NCBI GenBank assembly: GCA_964510585.1
Contig: CAZECW010000060.1
Span: 1-32,000 of the forward strand
DNA: 32,000 nt
Source of the DNA: an uncultured archaeon
GTDB lineage: Archaea > Asgardarchaeota > Jordiarchaeia > Jordiarchaeales > Jordiarchaeaceae
Direction: 5' to 3'
The notes under the pieces were generated by a model. That model did no database searches. It was not told the DNA's origin and was given only the letters and a program-made list of their open reading frames with translations. Shown one piece after another: positions 24,039 to 32,000 of the stretch. Each line of letters begins with the position of its first letter. The first letter of the stretch is position 1. A program made the translations under genes and the position numbers.

Positions 24039-27000
24039 TTGGTTTACATCAAAAAGGTTGTTGTCAGGGGCTTCAAGTCTTTTGGGAAGAAGAAGCTGAC
24101 ACTCCGCCTGTCTAAGGGATTCTCAGTAATAGTTGGACCGAATGGGAGTGGAAAAAGCAATTTGCTGGATGCGATTCGTTTTGGACTTGGAGTTCTGAGT
24201 GCAAAGTCACTGAGAGTTAGTACCTTTTCGGATTTGGTTTTTACTCCCAGTAAAGAGGCTAAAACCTCTCCTGCCAAGTATGCCAGTGTAAGCTTATATT
24301 TTGACAATTCGGATAGGAGAATCCCTCTAGATACCAATACGGTAATTATTGACCGGCAGGTTGACCGGACGGGTAAGGGCATATATAAGCTGAATGGAAA
24401 AATCGTTTCCAGGACAGAAATAGTTGACCTTCTGGAAATAGCAGGAATAAGTCCTAGTGGATATAATGTGGTTCCTCAAGGCGAAATATTTGAGCTTATT
24501 CAGATGGGATCACTTGAAAGAAGGAAACTCTTCGAAAACATTGCAGGAATAGCGTCTTATGATGAGAAGAAGGAGAAGGCAGAAAAGGAGTTGGAGGTGG
24601 CGGAACAGAATCTTAGAGAAAACTTTGCACAGGTGAGTGAAGTAAGAAAAGTAGTGGAAAGGTTGGGAAGGGAGAGGGAAGCTGCCCGCAGATACCAGCA
24701 AATCACCGACGAAATAAAGTCTGCCCGTGCAAAACTTGTTTTTCACCAACTCTTAACCTCCGAGGCAGAATTATCAGACATCTTAAAGAGAATAGAGAGT
24801 AACAATGAGCAACTGAATAGTTTAAAAGAGAAAGAAAAGATACTAAGGGAAAAATTAGACGCAGCCACAGCGAGATTAGAGGAAATAGATAAGAGTATCG
24901 TGGAGGATGTGGGAACTAGGATTGGAGAGCTGCAATTCGAGCTTAGTGAGAAGAAGGCGATGTATTCTGAGAAAGAATTGGTTTTAAATTACAAGCAGGA
25001 GGAGTTTAGGAAGAGTTTGGATAGGCTAAACAGCCTAAAACAAGAAATAGAAGATATTGAGACCAAAATTAAAGAAGAAACGGTAAATATTGGGGAGCTA
25101 GAAAATCAAGAGGCAGAATTAGAGAAGCAGATTAAAACGAAAAAAGACATTCTTGAAGAGATAAATGAGCGGATAACAACTAGTGACTCTAAGTTTTCAA
25201 AATTGGGAACCAGAATTAAAGAAATTCATGATGAAATGGAAAAATACAGGTCTAAGATTGTTTCTCTTAAAACTGCTCAAGAGGCCTTCAAGAAGGACAT
25301 CGAGTATATTTCGGCATCTATTAACTCGAGGAGAGCGGTAATAGAAGAAATTAAAAAAGCACTACAAAAGGCCGAGATGGAAAGAAGCCAATTTGAGGAG
25401 ATAATTGATAAATCTAGAAAAGATTTGGAAGCGTTTAATAATCAGGCGGAAGAACTGCAAAAGGAACAGGATGTTATTCGCCGACAGATGGAGGAGACCG
25501 AGAAGTTAATTTTAAATGTTAGAGACGAAGTGGTGACAATTAAGGCCATAAATGAGGAGAGGAAAAGACTTCTCAGGGGACAGTCTGCTGTAAGAGAAAT
25601 TCTGAAACTTCGAGACCAGAAAAAAATTGAGGGAATTTATGGAACAATTTCTGAACTTGGAAAAACAGATCTGAAATATGCTCTGGCACTTGAGGTTTCC
25701 GCAGGTAATCGCGCCAATTACATAGTTGTTGATAATGATGAGGTAGCCGCCAAATGTATTAATTTTCTCAAAAATGGCAGAATAGGAAGAGCCTCCTTTT
25801 TACCCCTAAACAAAATTCAGAGAACCGATTTCAAAATCACCAAGGGGGACGGGGTAATAGGCTCAGCGATTGACCTTATGGTTTTTGATGAGAAGTTCAG
25901 AGCCGCATTCGAATATGTTTTCGGAAATGTGGTAATAGTCAAGGACTTAAACACCGCCAGAAAATTGGACCTTCCAGAGATAAGGAAGGTTACCATCGAG
26001 GGCGACATCGTCGAGCCCAGAGGACTGATGAGCGGCGGTTACTATACTGGAAGAGCTAGCCTAACCTTTACGGAAACAGAAAAACTACCCCAATTGGAAG
26101 AACAGCTAAGCGGACTTAACGCGATTCGGCTGGAACTTCGAGAGAAACTCGACAAAGTATCGAAAGCATACTTTGAGATGCGAAACAAGATAGAGGAAGA
26201 AGAACACCATCTTGGAAAATATTCCGCCAACTTTGAGCACCTACTAGAACAAATAAAAGAAAAAAACGTGGAAGTAGCTAAAATCGAATCGGAGATAAAG
26301 AAACAACAAAAACTAATTGAAGAAAGACAGAAACAGTACAACACAGTATCCCAAGAAATAGAGAAAATAGAGGAAAAAATTAAAACCCTATCTGAGGAGA
26401 ACCAGGAGCTTAACAGGATAATCGAAGAGTCAGGTGTTTCTGACCTATATGCTCAGTCAAGAAGCATGGAGACTGAGATTGCCAGCCTGAAAGAAAAATT
26501 AAGCACTGTTAGAGTAAAAATTGCCCAGTCGAAAACCAAGATGAATGAATACCTAACGCCAAGAAGGGAAGAAATAAAGAATTTGGTTAAAGAGTTGGAG
26601 AAAGAAGTCGCGAGAATCTCCAAGGAGAGAGATGAAATCCAAAGCGTAATTCAGCCCTTATACCAAGAAGTATCAAAACTGGAAGAGGAGAAAAGGACGC
26701 TTGAGGAAAATGTTTCAAAACTGAGAAAAGAAGAGGCGAAACTCAAACAGGAGACATCAGTTTTAAGAAATGAGTTGGAGGTAACTATTAGAAAGGCTAA
26801 CTCCATAGAACTCGAATTGGGCAGGTTAATGGTGGAAAAAGAGCATTTAGAAAAGAGTATTCAAGAGCTCAGAACTGAAGCCAAAGAATTCATGGACTTC
26901 AAACCCAAAGAAATCTCAAAAGTCAACGTTGCCGAGCTAAGGGAACTAATAAGAAGAAAGGAAGCGGAGAAAAAGAGCCTGGAGCCAGTCAACATGCTAG

Positions 27001-27593
27001 CCATCCAACTCTATGAGCAGGAAAGAGCCAGATATGAAGAAATACTGAGAAAAAGAGAAGAGCTGATAAAAGAGAGAGAAAGCATCATGGAATTTATAAG
27101 AGAAGTGGAGAGGGATAAGAGAAGAAGTTTCCTCGCGACATTTTACAGCATTGAGCGTAACTTCAAAAAAATATTTTCACGGCTTTCTCCAGGCGGAGAA
27201 GGAAGATTCATACTCGAAAACCAAGCAGATCCATTCTTGGGAGGAGTTGATATCGAAGCCCGTCCCTCGGGAAAAGATGTGAAAAGAATTGAAGCTATGT
27301 CAGGAGGCGAAAAATCCCTAACAGCAATTGCGCTAATATTCGCCATACAGCAGTATCAGCCAGCACCCTTTTACTTAATGGATGAAATAGACGCCTTTCT
27401 TGACGATGATAATGCAAACAGAGTAGCGGAATTACTTAAGGAGTACTCAAAAGAGTCCCAGTTAATACTAGTATCCCTTCGCGATATTACCATAGCTAAA
27501 GCAGACAGGGTATTTGGTGTAATGTGTCGTGAAGGAGTTTCAGACGTCGTTTCTCTAAGCATGGAAGAGGAGGAAAGGGAAGAAGATGACTGA
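24039..27593 (+). CDS. smc: Chromosome segregation protein SMC
   Basis: GFKSF, Walker A GPNGSGKSN, VVPQG, two long coiled coils around a hinge (GIYGTISELG...GRASFLPL), signature MSGGEKS, Walker B LMDEIDAFLD. Confidence 0.97.
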   Translation: MVYIKKVVVRGFKSFGKKKLTLRLSKGFSVIVGPNGSGKSNLLDAIRFGLGVLSAKSLRVSTFSDLVFTPSKEAKTSPAKYASVSLYFDNSDRRIPLDTNTVIIDRQVDRTGKGIYKLNGKIVSRTEIVDLLEIAGISPSGYNVVPQGEIFELIQMGSLERRKLFENIAGIASYDEKKEKAEKELEVAEQNLRENFAQVSEVRKVVERLGREREAARRYQQITDEIKSARAKLVFHQLLTSEAELSDILKRIESNNEQLNSLKEKEKILREKLDAATARLEEIDKSIVEDVGTRIGELQFELSEKKAMYSEKELVLNYKQEEFRKSLDRLNSLKQEIEDIETKIKEETVNIGELENQEAELEKQIKTKKDILEEINERITTSDSKFSKLGTRIKEIHDEMEKYRSKIVSLKTAQEAFKKDIEYISASINSRRAVIEEIKKALQKAEMERSQFEEIIDKSRKDLEAFNNQAEELQKEQDVIRRQMEETEKLILNVRDEVVTIKAINEERKRLLRGQSAVREILKLRDQKKIEGIYGTISELGKTDLKYALALEVSAGNRANYIVVDNDEVAAKCINFLKNGRIGRASFLPLNKIQRTDFKITKGDGVIGSAIDLMVFDEKFRAAFEYVFGNVVIVKDLNTARKLDLPEIRKVTIEGDIVEPRGLMSGGYYTGRASLTFTETEKLPQLEEQLSGLNAIRLELREKLDKVSKAYFEMRNKIEEEEHHLGKYSANFEHLLEQIKEKNVEVAKIESEIKKQQKLIEERQKQYNTVSQEIEKIEEKIKTLSEENQELNRIIEESGVSDLYAQSRSMETEIASLKEKLSTVRVKIAQSKTKMNEYLTPRREEIKNLVKELEKEVARISKERDEIQSVIQPLYQEVSKLEEEKRTLEENVSKLRKEEAKLKQETSVLRNELEVTIRKANSIELELGRLMVEKEHLEKSIQELRTEAKEFMDFKPKEISKVNVAELRELIRRKEAEKKSLEPVNMLAIQLYEQERARYEEILRKREELIKERESIMEFIREVERDKRRSFLATFYSIERNFKKIFSRLSPGGEGRFILENQADPFLGGVDIEARPSGKDVKRIEAMSGGEKSLTAIALIFAIQQYQPAPFYLMDEIDAFLDDDNANRVAELLKEYSKESQLILVSLRDITIAKADRVFGVMCREGVSDVVSLSMEEEEREEDD

Positions 27594-28266
27594 ACAAACG
27601 CAAGAGGAGCCCTTCTGGATACATCCACCGTGGTCACTTCTAGTAGACACCACCCAAACAGCTGCGGATCCCTGGGAGATTAACGTTAGCAGAATACTAT
27701 TGAGCTTTTTAGAAAAAATGCGTGAAAAAGAAATGGTTAACTATAAAGTTTCTGGAAAGGCCCTACTGACAGCATCAATTATTCACAGGATAAAATCTGA
27801 ACTGCTTTTGAAACTGGGACAGGAAAAGGAGGAGAAGGAGGAAAAAGAGGAGGATTTAGATCTCAATTTACCACCAATCCCTATGCCTTATAGGTTGATA
27901 AATAGGAAAGTTAGCCTCGAGGAACTATTAGTAGCTTTGGAGAGAGTTCTACTTAGCGAAGAAACAAAAAAGGTTATTCAGAAACCTTTAAAGGAAGAAA
28001 TTACACCAGAACCATTCGTTTTTGAGCCTTCAAAGTTCAACATTGAAGAATACATAGAACAAATTTATGGAAAAATTATTTGCGGCGAGAAGGAGATAAC
28101 CAAATTTTCAGAGCTGGTTAACAAAAGAAACCCCATTGAAGTCGTTAGAAATCTTTTAGGTATTCTCATACTATATCTCAGACGGAAAATACACATCTGG
28201 CAAGAAAGACAGTTCGGAGAGATCTACATAATGGATGTGGAAAAATGGCAAAGGATGCTAAAATGA
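27586..28266 (+). CDS. scpA: Kleisin ScpA
   Basis: DPWEINVSRILLSFLEKM, SGKALLTASII, C-terminal winged-helix region with IWQERQFGEIYI. Overlaps the smc stop by 8 nt. Confidence 0.9.
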   Translation: MTEQTQEEPFWIHPPWSLLVDTTQTAADPWEINVSRILLSFLEKMREKEMVNYKVSGKALLTASIIHRIKSELLLKLGQEKEEKEEKEEDLDLNLPPIPMPYRLINRKVSLEELLVALERVLLSEETKKVIQKPLKEEITPEPFVFEPSKFNIEEYIEQIYGKIICGEKEITKFSELVNKRNPIEVVRNLLGILILYLRRKIHIWQERQFGEIYIMDVEKWQRMLK

Positions 28267-28820
28267 TTATTGAGGCTGCATTATACGCTGCTGGTAGACC
28301 TCTTTCAATTGAGCAAATTGCAGAGATTGCAAAAATTGATGATTTGGAATACGTGGACGAGCTGGTGGGACAGCTCATACGGGAATATGAGGAGAGAAAC
28401 AGCGCATTGGAAATAGTTGCACTGCCTGGCAGTAAGTACGTATTGCAGCTCAAGCCCAGCTACTCTAACAAAATAAGTAATGTGGCTTCGCGTGGATTAT
28501 TATCCTTAGGCGAACTAAAAACTCTTGCCTATATCGCTCTGAAGCAACCAATAGAGCAATCTAAAGTGGCAAAAGCTCGAGGCTCACACAGCTATAAACA
28601 CATTAAAAAGCTGGAAGAGTTAGGATTTTTAAAATTTGAACGAGCTGGCAGAACCAAAATTTTCCAAACCACAGAAATGTTTGCAGACTATTTCGGATTC
28701 GACCACGAACCTAGGAGACTGAAACAGCAATTAAGATGGAGAATAAGGAAGGAGGGCATCCAGACCCGATTAGACGCCCAACCAGAAGCCACCCAAGAAC
28801 CTGAAGAATTTGAATCATAA
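28245..28820 (+). CDS. scpB: ScpB (kite, tandem winged helix)
   Basis: IIEAALYAAGRPLS, LKTLAYIALKQPI, RG, TTEMFADYFG. Start ATG 28245, or ATG 28263 which forms an ATGA overlap with the scpA stop. Confidence 0.93.
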   Translation: MAKDAKMIIEAALYAAGRPLSIEQIAEIAKIDDLEYVDELVGQLIREYEERNSALEIVALPGSKYVLQLKPSYSNKISNVASRGLLSLGELKTLAYIALKQPIEQSKVAKARGSHSYKHIKKLEELGFLKFERAGRTKIFQTTEMFADYFGFDHEPRRLKQQLRWRIRKEGIQTRLDAQPEATQEPEEFES

Positions 28821-28829
28821 TATTTTTAT

Positions 28830-29849
28830 TCAGCAGACACGAGGAATCGGCTCTCCATACGGCGTTTCAATTATTCTTTTACCCCCAACAGAAGTGTTCA
28901 TAATTACCCGCCCCGGCTTATCGTTTCTCGCCTCTCCTATTATATTCGCATTTTTACCATACTTCGTTTTTCTTATAACTTTTAAAGCCTCCTCTGCCAA
29001 GTCGCCGTCAATGGCGATAACGGCTTTGCCCTCACATGTTACCTCTAGAGGGTCTATTCCCAACATTTCTGAAGCAGCGATAACTTCGCTACGTATGGGC
29101 AAGTCTTCTTCATTAATATAGATTGCAGTTTTGGATTTGCTGGCAAAATCATTCAGTGCAGAGGCTAAACCACCCCTAGTGGGATCCTTCATTGCAGTCA
29201 CACCGCCCACACTAAGAACCTTCTCGATGACACTCCAGATTGGGGCCACATCAGATTGGAGCTCCGTGGCAAAACTTATTCCTTCTCTGGCAGCTAGTAG
29301 CGCTATTCCATGGTCGCCGATTGTCCCCGTTATTATAATTTTGTTTCCTGGCTTGACTCCAGAGTCTAGAACTATTTTACCGCGTTCCACTATTCCTATT
29401 CCTGTGGTGGCTGCAATAATCTTGTCAATCTGACCGTGAGGCATAACTTTGGTATCTCCAGAAATTATTGGGACGCCCGCTTCTTCGCAAGTATCATCCA
29501 TCGATTTTAGGATACGCGTCAAATCATCGATGAGAAAACCCTCCTCAATTATCAACGCACAGGTAATAGCTACGGGTCTGGCTCCCATAACTGCAATATC
29601 ATTAATGGTGCCAGATATTGATAGTCTCCCTAAGTCCCCACCTGGGAAAAAAATGGGATTTACGGTGTGTCCATCCGTAGAAACCACTATATCTATATCT
29701 CCAAGAGGGATACTTCCCCCATCATCTAACTCGTCCAAGCCTACGCCGCCATATACCTTGTGTCTTGTGAGAGAGGGAAGTATAGTTTCCTTTATTAGGC
29801 GGCTCATAGCCGTGCCGCCTGCTCCCATAGCCAGATCAATGCGACTCAT
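28830..29849 (-). CDS. hypE: Hydrogenase maturation protein HypE (carbamoyl dehydratase)
   Basis: GAGG, TDGHTVNPIFFPGGDLGRL, NDIAVMGA, GDTKV, KDPTRGGL, C-terminal PRVC. Confidence 0.95.
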   Translation of the reverse strand: MSRIDLAMGAGGTAMSRLIKETILPSLTRHKVYGGVGLDELDDGGSIPLGDIDIVVSTDGHTVNPIFFPGGDLGRLSISGTINDIAVMGARPVAITCALIIEEGFLIDDLTRILKSMDDTCEEAGVPIISGDTKVMPHGQIDKIIAATTGIGIVERGKIVLDSGVKPGNKIIITGTIGDHGIALLAAREGISFATELQSDVAPIWSVIEKVLSVGGVTAMKDPTRGGLASALNDFASKSKTAIYINEEDLPIRSEVIAASEMLGIDPLEVTCEGKAVIAIDGDLAEEALKVIRKTKYGKNANIIGEARNDKPGRVIMNTSVGGKRIIETPYGEPIPRVC

Positions 29850-29966
29850 ATAGACCGCCTTAACGTTCCAGTAGTCTGGAAAAGCTTATATTAATTGCCA
29901 TAAAACTCTTGGATAGAAAAGGTTAATAATAAAACTTCACAAAACGGTTCATAACTTGGTGATTAT

Positions 29967-30350
29967 ATGGTTAACTGGAGAGCAAGATCCAAACGTAAGC
30001 CCACCGGAGGAAGACTAAAGGCGTTCAGCAAAAAGAAGAAAAGAGACCTTGGAGGAGAAGAAGCAAGACCCCAACTGGGCCCAGAGAAAAAGAAAATTAT
30101 TAGAGCTAGAGGTAACAACAGAAAAATCAAGTTGGCCTTCAGCGAATACGCAAATGTAACCAACCCAAAAACTGGGAAGACCAAAAAAGTAAAAATACTT
30201 AATGTGGAAGAAAACCCAGCTAACATAGATTTCTCAAGAAGAGGAGTGATAACACGCGGGGCAATAATTGATACAGAGTTGGGAAAAGCAAGAGTGACAA
30301 GCAGACCAGGACAGGTAGGAGTGATTAACGCGGTTCTAATTAAATCCTAA
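29967..30350 (+). CDS. rps8e: 30S ribosomal protein S8e
   Basis: [53 protein letters not shown]. Confidence 0.97.
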   Translation: MVNWRARSKRKPTGGRLKAFSKKKKRDLGGEEARPQLGPEKKKIIRARGNNRKIKLAFSEYANVTNPKTGKTKKVKILNVEENPANIDFSRRGVITRGAIIDTELGKARVTSRPGQVGVINAVLIKS

Positions 30351-30410
30351 AAGTAGCGCCAGAATTTCTGTTATGATGTTTTTATTCGCTACTCCATAAT
30401 TTTTAACATT

Positions 30411-30812
30411 CTATGGGCTTTCTTCGCTAACTTCTGCCTTAATATTCTTTATATTTAATTCCCTGCCACCTATTATGTCCGTGTTGTTGCTGTTGCACAT
30501 TGGACATCTGGCGGTGAAACCCACCAGCGGAAGAAGGTGTGCCTTTTTTTGGTCTTCCTCTGAAACTGCGTCTCCGGAATACCCACAATCTTGACAGTGA
30601 AGTTTTCCCGGGACAATTTTAATGTTTAATTTAGATTCACTGAGGGGCGTCTTTTCAGCTGCAATCTGAAACAGAAAAAGTAACTGCTCAGGATTAATAA
30701 AGGTGAATTGACCTATCTCAACATTAATTTCTAAAATTTTTCTCACGTTGTTCGCTTCTGCTACTCGGGTCACTGTCTCTACGATGGAAACAGCTGTGGA
30801 TAATTCATGCAA
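30411..30812 (-). CDS. hypA: Hydrogenase maturation nickel metallochaperone HypA
   Basis: TTG 30812 gives the MHE N-terminus. CQDC and CPMC Zn pairs, GRELNIKNI. Confidence 0.93.
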   Translation of the reverse strand: MHELSTAVSIVETVTRVAEANNVRKILEINVEIGQFTFINPEQLLFLFQIAAEKTPLSESKLNIKIVPGKLHCQDCGYSGDAVSEEDQKKAHLLPLVGFTARCPMCNSNNTDIIGGRELNIKNIKAEVSEESP

Positions 30813-30927
30813 GGATAACACCACAGAACCAAGGAATCAGCAAACTTAAAAACATTATCAGGCATATATACGACATAAACCACTTCAAATCGAGATAAAT
30901 CTTCTGACAGTTGCGCAGGTGGCATAG

Positions 30928-31236
30928 ATGAAGAGAAAAGACAAGATAATACTTTATCCAGAGTATTTTGATTCAAGACTAACCAGAGCCAGCGGCCGCA
31001 GAGTGCCTCTAAACATTTCTGTACCAGCGCCCAGTATAGAGGAGCTGGCCCTAATTTCGAAAAGATTGGGTTACGAATTTGAAATAGAACCTCAATCAGC
31101 TCACCCCAGTAACTGGTGGAATAAACGCGGGAGAATTTTGATTAATAAAGATGACCTGAAAAAAAATGAAGTGGTAAAGACCATAGCCAGAATTCTTAGT
31201 AAAGCGAGAAAAAGAAAAAAGGAAAGAACCCAATAG
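30928..31236 (+). CDS. srp19: Signal recognition particle protein SRP19
   Basis: IILYPEYFDSRLTRASGRRVP, P..EEL, HPSNWW..GRI. Confidence 0.93.
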   Translation: MKRKDKIILYPEYFDSRLTRASGRRVPLNISVPAPSIEELALISKRLGYEFEIEPQSAHPSNWWNKRGRILINKDDLKKNEVVKTIARILSKARKRKKERTQ

Positions 31237-31321
31237 AAGTGCCCCTTCCATTCTTTATGTTTTTTGGCAAGTTTATGATCTATTAACTGAAGCCTGTATA
31301 CAGACTCAAGGAGGATAATAA

Positions 31322-31588
31322 TTGAGACGACTTGGAAAACCCCTACACATAACCCCACGTGGCAACGCGATAATACAAGTAAATTTTGCTCCCAGAATTG
31401 GGTCTAAGGTAGTGACTAAAGAAATGAAGGAAGTAGGTCAAGTTTTTGACGTTTTTGGACCTGTAAAATCACCCTACGTATCCGTTAAGCTTAACGTTGA
31501 ACCTAGCTCTGCCGAAAATCTGGTCAACGAGGTCCTATACGAAATCATAAATAGTAAAAAAGAGAAGCGCCCGAAAAAAAGAAAATGA
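31322..31588 (+). CDS. gar1: H/ACA RNP component Gar1/Naf1
   Basis: MRRLG, VG.V.DVFGPVKSPYVSVK. Conserved position after srp19. Confidence 0.9.
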   Translation: MRRLGKPLHITPRGNAIIQVNFAPRIGSKVVTKEMKEVGQVFDVFGPVKSPYVSVKLNVEPSSAENLVNEVLYEIINSKKEKRPKKRK

Positions 31589-31869
31589 ACCATCATTTAA
31601 GGCAACTGGACGATTTAGATGGTGCAACCGAGAAGCAAAAGGAGAGATGAGTAATACCTTTTATTATCTCAAATACAATGGTAGTGCGTTATCAAAGGAT
31701 TGTGAGGAAATCGATCTCTAATTATCACAAACTGGAAAACTCATAAGTCGTTATTTCACCTAGGAAACATATGTTGGAAGGAGCGTAAGGAAAACTGTAA
31801 GTTAATATTTGCTATTTATTCAACTATTTTAGACGCTTAATATTTGGATGGAGACTCTATAAGTTACAT

Positions 31870-32000
31870 TTAAACGTGTCTTAGTGCGGATTTGAGAGCT
31901 TCGATAGATTTTTGCAAGTGTTCCGCAGCCTCATTCAGATGCTCAGCGACCTCACTTGTACCACTCTCTTCAAGTATTCGGGCATACTCTATTATCTTCT
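31870..32000 (-). CDS. 3' end of a helical hypothetical protein entering from the right edge
   Basis: Manual translation ...KIIEYARILEESGTSEVAEHLNEAAEHLQKSIEALKSALRHV*. Amphipathic heptad pattern. Confidence 0.6.
   Translation of the reverse strand, partial: KIIEYARILEESGTSEVAEHLNEAAEHLQKSIEALKSALRHV

Noticed and set aside
27821-27855. GAGAAGGAG-type short repeats in scpA and heptad periodicity in smc
   Set aside because: Explained by Glu/Lys-rich low-complexity protein sequence and coiled coils, not by a DNA repeat element.
1613-31358. Numerous antisense or alternate-frame ORFs in the track (e.g. 1613-2014, 6626-6934, 14554-14892, 15048-15425, 15965-16432, 19205-19597, 24044-24382, 29449-29853)
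   Set aside because: All lie inside well-supported genes on the other strand or frame, have Ser/Phe/Ile-rich shadow composition and show no motifs.
31585-31721. Two tiny ORFs (21 and 24 aa) chained to gar1 by ATGA overlaps
   Set aside because: No motifs or RBS, and no resemblance to the TFB gene that often follows gar1. Likely chance.
1-32000. CRISPR arrays, tRNA/rRNA genes, IS elements, integrases, ORB-type replication origin
   Set aside because: No regularly spaced repeats, no T-loop/cloverleaf or rRNA-like GC-rich tracts, no transposase or recombinase motifs, and no ORB consensus or cdc6 gene were seen by eye.

Overview
Archaeal chromosomal window, AT-rich and densely coding, with archaeal GGTGA/GGAGG-type ribosome-binding sites. 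It is most likely from an Asgard archaeon. This is an inference from a eukaryote-like ubiquitin cluster occurring together with four roadblock/LC7 genes and an MglA-type GTPase; the lineage cannot be fixed from this window. Gene order: RING - ubiquitin - E2 - E1 cluster; a 50-aa Zn-ribbon gene missed by the ORF track; pyrG; a radical SAM/SPASM enzyme preceded by a frame-disrupted Cys-rich ORF; glyA; GPN-loop GTPase; ADP-forming acetyl-CoA synthetase beta subunit; a PRC-barrel gene missed by the track; a group II chaperonin with degenerate ATPase motifs; cysS; an AGT-GlcD-split GlcF operon; uppS; Xaa-Pro peptidase; YjjX ITPase; roadblock x4 plus MglA; smc-scpA-scpB; hypE; rps8e; hypA; srp19; gar1. 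I saw no rRNA, tRNA, CRISPR array or mobile element. Best leads: (1) the small RING protein carries an RBX1/APC11-like N-terminal cullin-binding strand (RF-x10-WxW), hinting at a cullin-RING-like ligase ancestor; (2) the MglA module has four diverged roadblock paralogues, one close to dynein light chain roadblock; (3) the chaperonin looks ATPase-dead; (4) two conserved genes have no NTG start and share the same upstream motif before an ATA/ATT codon. Comparisons to reference proteins were made by eye from recalled sequences and need confirming by alignment.
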